Source: Azospirillum sp. CAG:239
GTDB lineage: Bacteria; Bacillota_I; Bacilli_A; RFN20; CAG-449
NCBI GenBank assembly: GCA_963653535.1
Contig: CAVJWU010000003.1
Span: 8,160-72,159, forward strand
Length of the DNA: 64,000 nt
Direction of reading: 5' to 3'
Made by a program: the position numbers and the translations under genes. The first letter of the stretch is position 1. The number at the start of each line of letters is the position of its first letter. Shown piece after piece: positions 18,631 to 27,306 of the stretch. Below the pieces are notes generated by a model that did no database searches, was not told where the DNA came from, and saw only the letters and a list, made by a program, of their open reading frames with translations.

Positions 18631-19945
18631 AATCATGATTGTTTTTAGCTTGTTCAAATTTTTCTTTCATCGTCGGATTATCACGTGTTAGTTTTTTTAA
18701 CGTTAAATCTTGAGCTTTTTCATTTGCAAGACGTAAATTATTATTAACACCAAGTAAATTATCTTTCATATCTTGAAGATTCTTAATTGCTTTATCAATA
18801 TCTTCAATACTCTTTTGGAATTTCTTTTCCGCCTGTTGATAATTATAATTAAATTTATCTTTAAAATCGTTCATTTTATTTTCAAAATTAGTGACATCAA
18901 TATTTTGTTTTTTATAAAGAAGAAGTTCTCTTTTATCATCGATAGATTTTTTTGCTGCGTTTCTTAATAATGAAATTAATGGGATAAAGAAATTTGGTCG
19001 AATAATAAACATTTTTTGATATTTATGTGAAACATCAACTATTCCTTGATTATATAGTTCATTATCCTGTTCTAGTAAGCTAACTAAAACTGCATATTCA
19101 CAACCTTTTTCATTTCTATCTTTATCAAGTTCTTTTAAGAAGTCTTCATTTTTATGTTTTGTCGCAGTTTTGTCAGCTTCATTTTTCATTTCAAACATGA
19201 TAGAAATATATTCAATTCCATCGTCAGAATAATCTCTAAAGATAAAATCTCCTTTTGATGAACTAGCTTCTGAAGTTTTATTATCTTTTTCAAAATAAGC
19301 ATTTGGGAAAGCCATTGGGCGAACTTGTTCAAATAATATTTTACAATGTTGTTCGAGTGTTTCACCAATCATTTTTGTTGACATCTTAGTTTTTAAATCT
19401 TTGTAATAAGAAATTTGGTCATCTTTAGATTTTAATTCTACTTCATATTGTTTCTTGATAGATTCTTCTTTTAAAGCATTTTCATTATTAATGATGTTAA
19501 GCTTATTTTCTAAAGAGATAATCTTATTATCTTTTTCATTATTAAGCAATGTATTATTTTCCTTAATATCACTAATTTGTTTTTTAAAATTAGATTCAAG
19601 TTCTAATACTTTATTTTTTTGTTGTAATTCATAATTTTGTTTTAAATTCTTAATTTCTTCTTTTAATGAAATGATTTCATTATCTTTAGAAGAAGTAACC
19701 TTTGAAACTAATAATTCATTTTCTGAACGAGAATTCTTTAATTTAAATTCTAATTCCTTAATTTTTGCTTCATAATCCTTATTTTTAGATTCTAATTCGA
19801 GATGAAATTTTTCTTCAAGATTCTCTTTTTCTTTGTTTAAATCTTCTTTATAAGCCTCGTTTTTAACTTGATTAAGAATAGATGAATAAGAATCTTCATC
19901 AACGCTAAAGACCTTATTACAATGTGGACATTTAATTTCTTTCAT
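18629..19945 (-). CDS. DUF2130-like protein: N-terminal zinc ribbon, long coiled coil, C-terminal PD-(D/E)XK-like nuclease motif
   Basis: IKCPHCNKVFSVDEDSY at the N-terminus. About 170 aa of heptad-like E/K/N/L-rich sequence. GDFIFRDY...ISIMFEMKNE fits D...ExK. RBS GGAGG. Confidence 0.55.
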   Translation of the reverse strand: MKEIKCPHCNKVFSVDEDSYSSILNQVKNEAYKEDLNKEKENLEEKFHLELESKNKDYEAKIKELEFKLKNSRSENELLVSKVTSSKDNEIISLKEEIKNLKQNYELQQKNKVLELESNFKKQISDIKENNTLLNNEKDNKIISLENKLNIINNENALKEESIKKQYEVELKSKDDQISYYKDLKTKMSTKMIGETLEQHCKILFEQVRPMAFPNAYFEKDNKTSEASSSKGDFIFRDYSDDGIEYISIMFEMKNEADKTATKHKNEDFLKELDKDRNEKGCEYAVLVSLLEQDNELYNQGIVDVSHKYQKMFIIRPNFFIPLISLLRNAAKKSIDDKRELLLYKKQNIDVTNFENKMNDFKDKFNYNYQQAEKKFQKSIEDIDKAIKNLQDMKDNLLGVNNNLRLANEKAQDLTLKKLTRDNPTMKEKFEQAKNNHD

Positions 19946-20023
19946 ATTTTTTCCTCCGTAATTTAATTATAAATTAGTTTATGGGTAAAAAAACGTTCAT
20001 TGCCACTTTATTATTAATTATTT

Positions 20024-21580
20024 TTAATCAATGACATTTTTTATCTTAAATTCTTCTAGTTTATTTTCTAAAATGGTTTGAAGAGAATTTTCTCGTTCTG
20101 ATTCATAATCTAAAATATTATCTTCAGTTTCTTTAATTACTTCATTAATTTTTGTTTCGGAAATATTATTTTTTTTCTTTTTAAAAATAGATAAATAAAT
20201 TACTGCACATATAAGAATAAATAAGCTTACAAAAGAAATTACTGTCGTAAATGTAGAATTATTAACTAAATTAATTAAGACGATAACAAGAACAAAATAA
20301 CTAATATAACCTAAAGAAGTAAGAATATTATTTATTTTAATTATTTTAAGCGTATCTTTCTTAATAAGGTTAACTTTTTTATCTTTTTCTTTATATTTAT
20401 TTTCTTTATATTTTAATACAGAATCTTCATTAAATATCTCATCGCCATTAATCGAAATCTCATCACCAAATGGAAATGCGTATTTAGTATAAGTTTTTCC
20501 ATTACATTCAATACTTAAAGAATATAAAGGAGTTAAATAATAAATATCTTCTACTTCAGTTTTTGAAGTTATTTCAAATTCAATATCATCAATATGATCA
20601 CCATTTAATGAGGTAAAAATATAAGCCTTAATTTTATTTTTTTCTTGTAATTCAATATTTTTAGTCGCATAATCACTCATCAAAAATTCATCATTAATTT
20701 TTTGTAATGATGATTCATTAATACTATTTAACCCCTTTTGAGCCATTTTACGATAATGATCAAATTTTTCTTCATTAGAAGTAAAACTAACAGTATTAGC
20801 TTTAGTATTTCCTCCAATCGGTGACCAATCAATATAAGAACGATATTTAGTTACAGGGCGTTCTTTTCTTACCGATTGAGTTGTGACTGTTCCATTAGAA
20901 GACCTAACCGGAACATTTTCATAATAATATTCGTAGTCAATATAAGGTTCTTTTTTATCTAAACCAACTCGAGCTTGAAAAGATACTTCATAACCTTTAT
21001 CCGATTCGATGAATAAGATATTTTCACTTTTTAAAGCTGAAAATGAGAAATTAAAGGCAGATTTTGGTGCATCTTCTTTTACTAATTGTTCGAGCATTAA
21101 TTTCATGATATATTCTTTTGATACCTCAGGATTAACACGGTATTTATTTTCATAAATTGACGTATCTTTACCTTGCTTAATAATAGTAATATTCTTCGTG
21201 TTAATATTAGTTTCTTGTTTTTTATAAACTTTCGTATGACAATATAAACAATATCCTTCAGTCGAACTTACCATTTTTATATTGGAAGAACCACATTGAG
21301 GACAAATTAAAAATTCAGCTGCTTTTTCATTTTTATTTTTAGATTGACTTTCTTCTACTTTAATATTATTTTTTTCTTCATTTGAAGTTACTCCTCCTAT
21401 AATACTAGGATTAGTATTAAAAAAATAATAACCGCATGTTGGGCATTCCTTTAACGACAAATCTACTTCTTCTAAACAATCTGGACAAACTTTAGTATTA
21501 AATTTGTAATCGCAATGTGGACAAGATAGTCGAGAAGTCGATACTTTTTTATTACAATTTGGACAAATTCTTGTTGGCAT
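20024..21580 (-). CDS. Multi-zinc-ribbon protein with a C-terminal transmembrane hairpin, function unknown
   Basis: Three CxxC...CxxC ribbons: CPNC..CPHC, CPDC..CPTC and CPQC..CLYC. Two hydrophobic helices, LGYISYFVLVIVLINLV and VISFVSLFILICAVIYLSIF. RBS GGGAGAG, 20 nt after the WYL gene stop. Confidence 0.7.
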   Translation of the reverse strand: MPTRICPNCNKKVSTSRLSCPHCDYKFNTKVCPDCLEEVDLSLKECPTCGYYFFNTNPSIIGGVTSNEEKNNIKVEESQSKNKNEKAAEFLICPQCGSSNIKMVSSTEGYCLYCHTKVYKKQETNINTKNITIIKQGKDTSIYENKYRVNPEVSKEYIMKLMLEQLVKEDAPKSAFNFSFSALKSENILFIESDKGYEVSFQARVGLDKKEPYIDYEYYYENVPVRSSNGTVTTQSVRKERPVTKYRSYIDWSPIGGNTKANTVSFTSNEEKFDHYRKMAQKGLNSINESSLQKINDEFLMSDYATKNIELQEKNKIKAYIFTSLNGDHIDDIEFEITSKTEVEDIYYLTPLYSLSIECNGKTYTKYAFPFGDEISINGDEIFNEDSVLKYKENKYKEKDKKVNLIKKDTLKIIKINNILTSLGYISYFVLVIVLINLVNNSTFTTVISFVSLFILICAVIYLSIFKKKKNNISETKINEVIKETEDNILDYESERENSLQTILENKLEEFKIKNVID

Positions 21581-21600
21581 AAACTCTCCCTTAGATCAAA

Positions 21601-22575
21601 TTAATCTTTATATTTTTCTTGAGCGAAATTAATTAATTTCTTTATTTCATTTCTCGTTTCAATTGGTTTAATAACTTCGACGTATTCAGAATATTGTAAA
21701 GCCCAATAAATTAATGATTTATCATCGACTTTAATACGAGTATAAATTTCTCCGTCACTTTCGTAGAAATTAACATCTTCACCTAAATATTCTTCAACAT
21801 AATATTTTGATTTTTCATCGCGTACTTTTAATAATACATCGATAGTTTTACCATTAAATGCATAAATATGTTCTTTCGCGTATTTACTAACATCTAGACC
21901 ATTTTCATAACCTTTTAATGATGTAATTGGTTTTATATCTTCATCTAATAACGAAAGTTCGCTAATATGATTAAGATTATAACTTAATAAAGAATCATAA
22001 TAATCATAATTACAGATTAGATAATATTGACCATTATTATTGAATAAGAAATAAGGGTTAATCTTTTGAAATCTAATTTTTTTATCTTTAGGTGCGTATT
22101 TAGCTTTATATTTAAACAATACTTTTTTATTCTTTTCAATCGCTTCTTCAAGTAAAGAAATATTGAAAAAAATATTATTATTATTCGTACGAGAAACATG
22201 TTCTGCTTTATAAACATATTTATATTTCTTTCTTTGATATTTTGATAATGAAGAAGCTAAACGTAAGGAAAGATCTTGTACTTCTTTTGCAGTAATAGAT
22301 CTTGACGAAAATAACGCATCAACGATATAACTTACTTCACTAGGATCAAAATCTCGTTCACGAAGATAAACTCCTCCACGAGGTAAATGAACAATATCAT
22401 AAGAAAAATCTTCAAGCATACTGATATTATTAGAAATTGTCTTTCTTTCTAGTTCAAGATCATATTTATCTTTAACTTTTTCAATAATATCTTTAATTAA
22501 TAAAGGATGATCTTCATCTGAATATTCTTTTAACACATTTAAAATGCATAAGATAGATAATTTTTTATCGACCAT
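21601..22575 (-). CDS. WYL-domain transcriptional regulator (wHTH-WYL-WCX architecture)
   Basis: N-terminal wHTH-like LSILCILNVLKEYSDEDHPLLIKDI. WYL-type INPYFLFNNNGQYYLICNY. WCX-like C-terminal WALQYSEYVEVIKP. RBS AGGAGG. Confidence 0.7.
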   Translation of the reverse strand: MVDKKLSILCILNVLKEYSDEDHPLLIKDIIEKVKDKYDLELERKTISNNISMLEDFSYDIVHLPRGGVYLRERDFDPSEVSYIVDALFSSRSITAKEVQDLSLRLASSLSKYQRKKYKYVYKAEHVSRTNNNNIFFNISLLEEAIEKNKKVLFKYKAKYAPKDKKIRFQKINPYFLFNNNGQYYLICNYDYYDSLLSYNLNHISELSLLDEDIKPITSLKGYENGLDVSKYAKEHIYAFNGKTIDVLLKVRDEKSKYYVEEYLGEDVNFYESDGEIYTRIKVDDKSLIYWALQYSEYVEVIKPIETRNEIKKLINFAQEKYKD

Positions 22576-22642
22576 AAGACCTCCTTATTAATCATTATGT
22601 TTATTATATACCATGAGTTAAAATAATAACACAATATCATTT

Positions 22643-23215
22643 TTAGTATGATAAAGATAAGGAAGATTTATCTAACATTCCATTTTTAAAATATTTTAAA
22701 GATGAACTATTATCTTTATATAAATCTTTTTTTAATAAGAATTCTAAATATGAAATATCTTCATCGAAAATAATACTTACATCATTAAACATATCAATTA
22801 AGAAATTCTTATTATAAGAGGAAGAATATTCTTTTTTATCAACAGTAATTACATAATGATTCTTACTTAAAAGAGATATAATGAACTTATGAATAAAGTT
22901 ATAAGAAGAAAAATTAACTTTCTTTAATTCTTCTAGGCTAAGAAACATCATATTATAATTAACAGAACCACTTTCATATTGATAGATGTATAAATCATAT
23001 ATAATATTATTTTCTTCATCTTTTAAAGATAATATTTTACTTTGTAAAGATATGTTCATCGAATATTTTCTTTTCATTCCTTTAATAAAAGATTTTCCTT
23101 CTTGATCAATAAAAAATGAATTCACTTTCTTTTTAGGTAACATTAAATTTATACCTTCCTTTAAACATAACACCTTGTCATCTTTAATTATAAGTGCACA
23201 TTTCATTCTTTTCAT
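22643..23215 (-). CDS. Hypothetical protein; the N-terminal half resembles a Nudix fold but lacks the Nudix box
   Basis: CALIIKDDKVLCLKEG and FLSLEELKKVNF resemble Nudix first-strand and C-terminal elements. No GX5EX7REUXEEXGU signature is present. RBS AGGAGG. Confidence 0.5.
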   Translation of the reverse strand: MKRMKCALIIKDDKVLCLKEGINLMLPKKKVNSFFIDQEGKSFIKGMKRKYSMNISLQSKILSLKDEENNIIYDLYIYQYESGSVNYNMMFLSLEELKKVNFSSYNFIHKFIISLLSKNHYVITVDKKEYSSSYNKNFLIDMFNDVSIIFDEDISYLEFLLKKDLYKDNSSSLKYFKNGMLDKSSLSLSY

Positions 23216-23242
23216 AAGACTACCTCCTTGAACACTTATAAT

Positions 23243-23277
23243 ATAAAAGAAAACATGTCCATTTTTTTGGACATGTT
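23243..23277 (-). terminator. Rho-independent terminator after the nitroreductase gene
   Basis: AACATGTCCA-TTTTTT-TGGACATGTT hairpin, followed on the minus strand by TTTTCTTTT. Confidence 0.7.
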
Positions 23278-23288
23278 AATTAAATTTA

Positions 23289-23801
23289 TTATTTAATGTA
23301 GAATACTCGATTTGGTTTAACTTCTTTAATTGAAGATTTTTCATCGGAATAGCCTAAAATAACTTGATCAACTCCAACATATTCTTCCTGATTTAAATGC
23401 ACCATTTCAAGAATCTTTTTTCCAAAAGGAGCTTCAAGTTCTTGTTTACCACGGTTAATCCAACGCGCATTAAGACCTTGATTTTGTGCTTCAAGTAACA
23501 TATTTTCAATCATTGCCGCGCCGTTTAAGTTAGCAATTGGACTAACTTTATGTGCGACTAATAAAACTACTTTCGCGCCGTAAAAAGGATCTATTCCTTT
23601 CATTCCAGCAATAGAAGCATTTAACAAAGAAAGTTCATCACGAACTTCTTTATTAGTAATACAAATAATAATACCTTCTTGAGCATCTCTTCCAGAAGGT
23701 GCGCGTAAACCAGCAGCAATAACTTCATCAATTTTTTCTTGTTCAACTTCTTTTTCTAGATAACTTCTAGGTGAATATCTATTTTTTATACAATCTAACA
23801 T
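23289..23801 (-). CDS. Nitroreductase-family oxidoreductase
   Basis: IKNRYSPRSY, RAPSGRDAQ and the 170-aa size fit the NfnB/NfsB-like fold. RBS AAGGAG. Confidence 0.75.
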   Translation of the reverse strand: MLDCIKNRYSPRSYLEKEVEQEKIDEVIAAGLRAPSGRDAQEGIIICITNKEVRDELSLLNASIAGMKGIDPFYGAKVVLLVAHKVSPIANLNGAAMIENMLLEAQNQGLNARWINRGKQELEAPFGKKILEMVHLNQEEYVGVDQVILGYSDEKSSIKEVKPNRVFYIK

Positions 23802-23893
23802 AAATCTTTTCTCCTTTTAATTTTTTTATAATTATATTATTAATATTCTTTTTAGAATATCTATGACTAATATTTTTATTATTAATTCATCTT

Positions 23894-24331
23894 CTATCCG
23901 TAAATAGCGAAATGTATTAGCAAATCATTATCTAATATGCATGGTTTTAAATAATTGCTTGAATATCCAGAATTTTCATCAAAAGAAGTAGTAAAAAAGG
24001 TAAAAGACCAATATCCATCACCTACTAAACTAGGCACAACGTAATTTAAAGATGATGAATCAAAATTATTAATGTCTTCAAAAGAAAGATTATAGCCCTT
24101 TTTAAATTTTATACTAGTTTTAGCTAATTCATCATTTTCAAAATAATAACCATTGATCTCTTTATTTTCATTATATGAATATGTTACAAATGTATGTTGG
24201 ACAAATGTTAAAGTCACTGTGTCTAGAGGACTCACATTATTTGAAGATGTTGAATTTGTCGACGCAAAAAAACAAGCAGAAATTAAAGTCAATGATGCTA
24301 CTATTACAAATATCGAAAACATTTTTTTCAT
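23894..24331 (-). CDS. Small lipoprotein, unknown function
   Basis: MKKMFSIFVIVASLTLISAC lipobox. RBS GGGAGG. Confidence 0.65.
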   Translation of the reverse strand: MKKMFSIFVIVASLTLISACFFASTNSTSSNNVSPLDTVTLTFVQHTFVTYSYNENKEINGYYFENDELAKTSIKFKKGYNLSFEDINNFDSSSLNYVVPSLVGDGYWSFTFFTTSFDENSGYSSNYLKPCILDNDLLIHFAIYG

Positions 24332-24470
24332 TGATCAAATCCTCCCTTATTAATATTTTAATTAATAATGTGATTTTGTTCAATTTTTTTATAAATAACC
24401 AAGATGGTATATAAATTAGTTATATTTTTTCTTAACCTTTAAATCAATATAACGCAATTTTTAATTAATC

Positions 24471-25532
24471 TTAGTAAAGGATCTTTCTTAAAATATAATC
24501 TAGAATAAATAAATGTTCGTCTTTAACTTTATACGTATCTAATGTTCTTTCTAAAAGATCTAATTTAACGCATTCATCTAATTTATCTTTATAAGGAGAA
24601 TCATCATTAATTTTTATTCCTTCTTTTAAACGTAAACCTAACATAATAGAATAATATTCTTTATCTAAGGGAGTTAACTTTTCTTCGTAAATTCTTCTCT
24701 TGCCTTTTATATAATGGTCAATCGATTTAGTGTTATCATAACGAATTGAATCGATATATGAAGAAGCCCCAACTCCAATACCAAAATATTCTTCATTACG
24801 CCAGTAAAGTAAATTATGTTTTGATTCATAACCGTTTTTAGAAAAATTGCTTACTTCATAACGGTTAAAACCTTTCTTTTTTAGTTCGTTAACGATTAAT
24901 TCATACATCGATGAAACTTGATCTTCGTCGCTTTCTTTTACCCCTTCATTATAAAAGAAGGTATTTTTATTAACACTTAAAGCATAAGTAGAAATATGGG
25001 TGACATCTAAAGAAGTAAATTTAAGAATATCTTCTAAAAGTTCATCTTCAGTTTGGGTAGGTAAACCATAAATTAAATCAATATTAATATCATTTATTCC
25101 ATTTTCTATTAAATTAGAAATTACTTCTTTAACCATATTTTCATCATGGTGACGAGAAATAATTTTAATTAGACGTTCATTAAAAGTTTGTACTCCAATC
25201 GATACACGATTAACATGATGCTTTTTTAATAATTTAATTTTATTAAGTGACAAATTTTCTGCGTTAGCTTCAAAAGTAAAAGAAATATTATCTTTAACAT
25301 AAGGATCAAGAGAAGAAAGTAAAAACTCTAGTTCATCTTCACTTAATGAACTAGGAGTTCCTCCTCCAATATAAATGGAAGATATATCTTTAATATCATA
25401 AGAAGCAAGTTCTTCTTTTAAGGCGTTTAAATAAAGTTCAACCCTCTTTTTTTGATAATATTCTTTTGCAAAATCGCAATAAGAACAGATATGTTCACAA
25501 AAAGGTATATGGATATATAAACCTCTAGGCAT
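24471..25532 (-). CDS. hemW: Radical SAM heme chaperone HemW (HemN-like, oxygen-independent coproporphyrinogen oxidase family)
   Basis: YIHIPFCEHICSYCDF (CxxxCxxC), GGGTPS and RVSIGVQTF. Confidence 0.85.
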   Translation of the reverse strand: MPRGLYIHIPFCEHICSYCDFAKEYYQKKRVELYLNALKEELASYDIKDISSIYIGGGTPSSLSEDELEFLLSSLDPYVKDNISFTFEANAENLSLNKIKLLKKHHVNRVSIGVQTFNERLIKIISRHHDENMVKEVISNLIENGINDINIDLIYGLPTQTEDELLEDILKFTSLDVTHISTYALSVNKNTFFYNEGVKESDEDQVSSMYELIVNELKKKGFNRYEVSNFSKNGYESKHNLLYWRNEEYFGIGVGASSYIDSIRYDNTKSIDHYIKGKRRIYEEKLTPLDKEYYSIMLGLRLKEGIKINDDSPYKDKLDECVKLDLLERTLDTYKVKDEHLFILDYILRKILY

Positions 25533-25533
25533 A

Positions 25534-25764
25534 TTAATCTTTGTTTTCTTCGTCAGTATCTTTATTTTCTTCTTCTAAAGTACCTAATTTTGCTTTTAGA
25601 TTTTCTTCTGCGGTTTCTTTATCATTTTTAACTGGTTCTTCTTCACCTCTTAAACCTGGAATATATTTTCTTAATAAGAAAACAATTAAGCCAATCACTA
25701 AAGCACCGATGACGACCCATACGATATTTAAGTAAGCTGGGTAAGAATCTAAAAATTTAATCAT
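25534..25764 (-). CDS. Small single-pass membrane protein with an acidic tail
   Basis: TM segment NIVWVVIGALVIGLIVFLL. RBS AAGGAG lies inside the end of the upstream gene. Its stop abuts the hemW ATG. Confidence 0.5.
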   Translation of the reverse strand: MIKFLDSYPAYLNIVWVVIGALVIGLIVFLLRKYIPGLRGEEEPVKNDKETAEENLKAKLGTLEEENKDTDEENKD

Positions 25765-25765
25765 A

Positions 25766-27187
25766 TTAATTTTCTCCTTTTAAGTTCGCTACGGGAGTGT
25801 AGACGAATTTATTTTTAACATTTTCTTTTTTATAAAAGCCTAAAGAGGCTAAATTATCCATACTTGTACGTGCTGTTTCATAAGCGCACGTTGCAAATTC
25901 TTTATATTGATTGATTGAATAATATTTACCTAAAGTACAATGATGCGCATAAAATTCAGCTTGTTGCTTTCTTAATGTTGGATAAAGTTCAAGTAGGTGT
26001 AACGCAACTAAATATGCATCATTTTCATCTAAACCAATTGGCATTGTTGGTAATGAAACTTTTTGTTCATATTCAATTTGACTCTTTTTATCTAGAAGGT
26101 GTTCATAATAATTGTCTTCTAAAGAAGTAGTCAGATTGAATTTTTCTTTGTTTATTAATCTTTCTTCTTCTAAAGGTAAAGAAAGAACTTCCGAATTAAT
26201 TTCTTTTGAAGAATATTCTTCTAATGAAGAAAGAGCGATATTTATTTTTTCTTCTACATAAGGAAGAACTTCATAGATGAAATAAGTTAAGTCTAATTGT
26301 AATTCACTTTCAAGCATTTTATCTTTTATCTTATTAATAAAATTATCGTCTAATAAGAATTCAAAATTAATGATAAAAGGTATTTCTTCATGACCTTCAT
26401 GGCCAAGAACGTATTTTAATAATATTAAAGCTACTTCTTCATTAAAATAATCAAATGGTTTAATGTAGAGAATATAATAAAAAGTTATTAAACCATCTAA
26501 TAAACTTAGTTCACTATTAGATGAAAGAAACTCAAATAAAGAAGACATACATTCTTCTATTTTATCTGTTGGACACCCTTCATAATGTTTTCCCATGAAG
26601 ACGTGTGTTGAAGTATCTTCAACTTCTTCTTTTCGATAATAAGAATTTAAAGAAGTTACATCGAGTTCAATGCCTCTTAATTTAGCATAAATAGATACAA
26701 CTAAGAGTTGATTAATCGGTCCAGAAGATTTGTTTTTAAAATAAATTAAGGTATCAAGATATTTTTTTAAAACAAGATATTCAATTGGTAAAGAAGATGA
26801 ACTATCACTTATTAAACTTGTTAATAAATTAATATCAACATTGATCTTATAGATATCTCTTAATGATGTTAATATCGCTAAATAAGAAGAAATATTTAAT
26901 TCGTTAAAAGCCTGTTCATTTTTAATTTTTTCAATTTGATATTTCGTTAATATTTTCGCTAATTTCTTTTCGAGCGAAATAAATAAACGACTTAATTTAG
27001 GACTAATACAAACGTTAAATGGTATACGTTCAATATTACGTAAATTAAGAGGAACTAGATAATATGAACGATAAATATTTATTTGTTCCCAAATTGAGTC
27101 AACACTAGTCATATTAAGCGAAAGTTTTACTTCTTCTTTTGTCGCATAAGACTCAGAAGAAAATCTAATACCGTAGTTCTTTTCCAT
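25766..27187 (-). CDS. Fic-fold-like protein with a degenerate active-site motif and a C-terminal wHTH-like region
   Basis: LITFYYILYIKPFDYFNEEVALILLKYVL aligns by eye with Fic HxFx(D/E)GNGRxxR but reads KPFDYFNEE. The start was set at the ATG 27187 (MEKNYG) after AAGGTGA. The track ORF starts at a GTG 9 nt upstream. Confidence 0.45.
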   Translation of the reverse strand: MEKNYGIRFSSESYATKEEVKLSLNMTSVDSIWEQINIYRSYYLVPLNLRNIERIPFNVCISPKLSRLFISLEKKLAKILTKYQIEKIKNEQAFNELNISSYLAILTSLRDIYKINVDINLLTSLISDSSSSLPIEYLVLKKYLDTLIYFKNKSSGPINQLLVVSIYAKLRGIELDVTSLNSYYRKEEVEDTSTHVFMGKHYEGCPTDKIEECMSSLFEFLSSNSELSLLDGLITFYYILYIKPFDYFNEEVALILLKYVLGHEGHEEIPFIINFEFLLDDNFINKIKDKMLESELQLDLTYFIYEVLPYVEEKINIALSSLEEYSSKEINSEVLSLPLEEERLINKEKFNLTTSLEDNYYEHLLDKKSQIEYEQKVSLPTMPIGLDENDAYLVALHLLELYPTLRKQQAEFYAHHCTLGKYYSINQYKEFATCAYETARTSMDNLASLGFYKKENVKNKFVYTPVANLKGEN

Positions 27188-27262
27188 TCTTTTCACCTTG
27201 CTTAATTTTAGACTATTTAACGTTATTAAACAAGATAATTACTAATTTTCTACTAATTCACA

Positions 27263-27297
27263 AAGAAAAAACATTCCTAGTTTTACCTAAGAATGTT
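27263..27297 (-). terminator. Rho-independent terminator after the GT-C gene
   Basis: The minus strand reads AACATTCTTAG-GTAAAA-CTAGGAATGTT (one mismatch) followed by TTTTTCTTTG. Confidence 0.55.
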
Positions 27298-27306
27298 ATT
27301 TCTTAT

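Noticed and set aside
23802-23893. The ATATTCT-TTTT-AGAATAT hairpin as a terminator after the small lipoprotein gene.
   Set aside because: It has a 7-bp all-AT stem and no T-run on the relevant (minus) strand, which is too weak to call.
24332-24470. The 139-bp gap between the small lipoprotein gene and hemW as a possible ncRNA or regulatory element.
   Set aside because: Only weak AT-only pairings were found. There are no conserved riboswitch motifs, no convincing terminator and no repeats.
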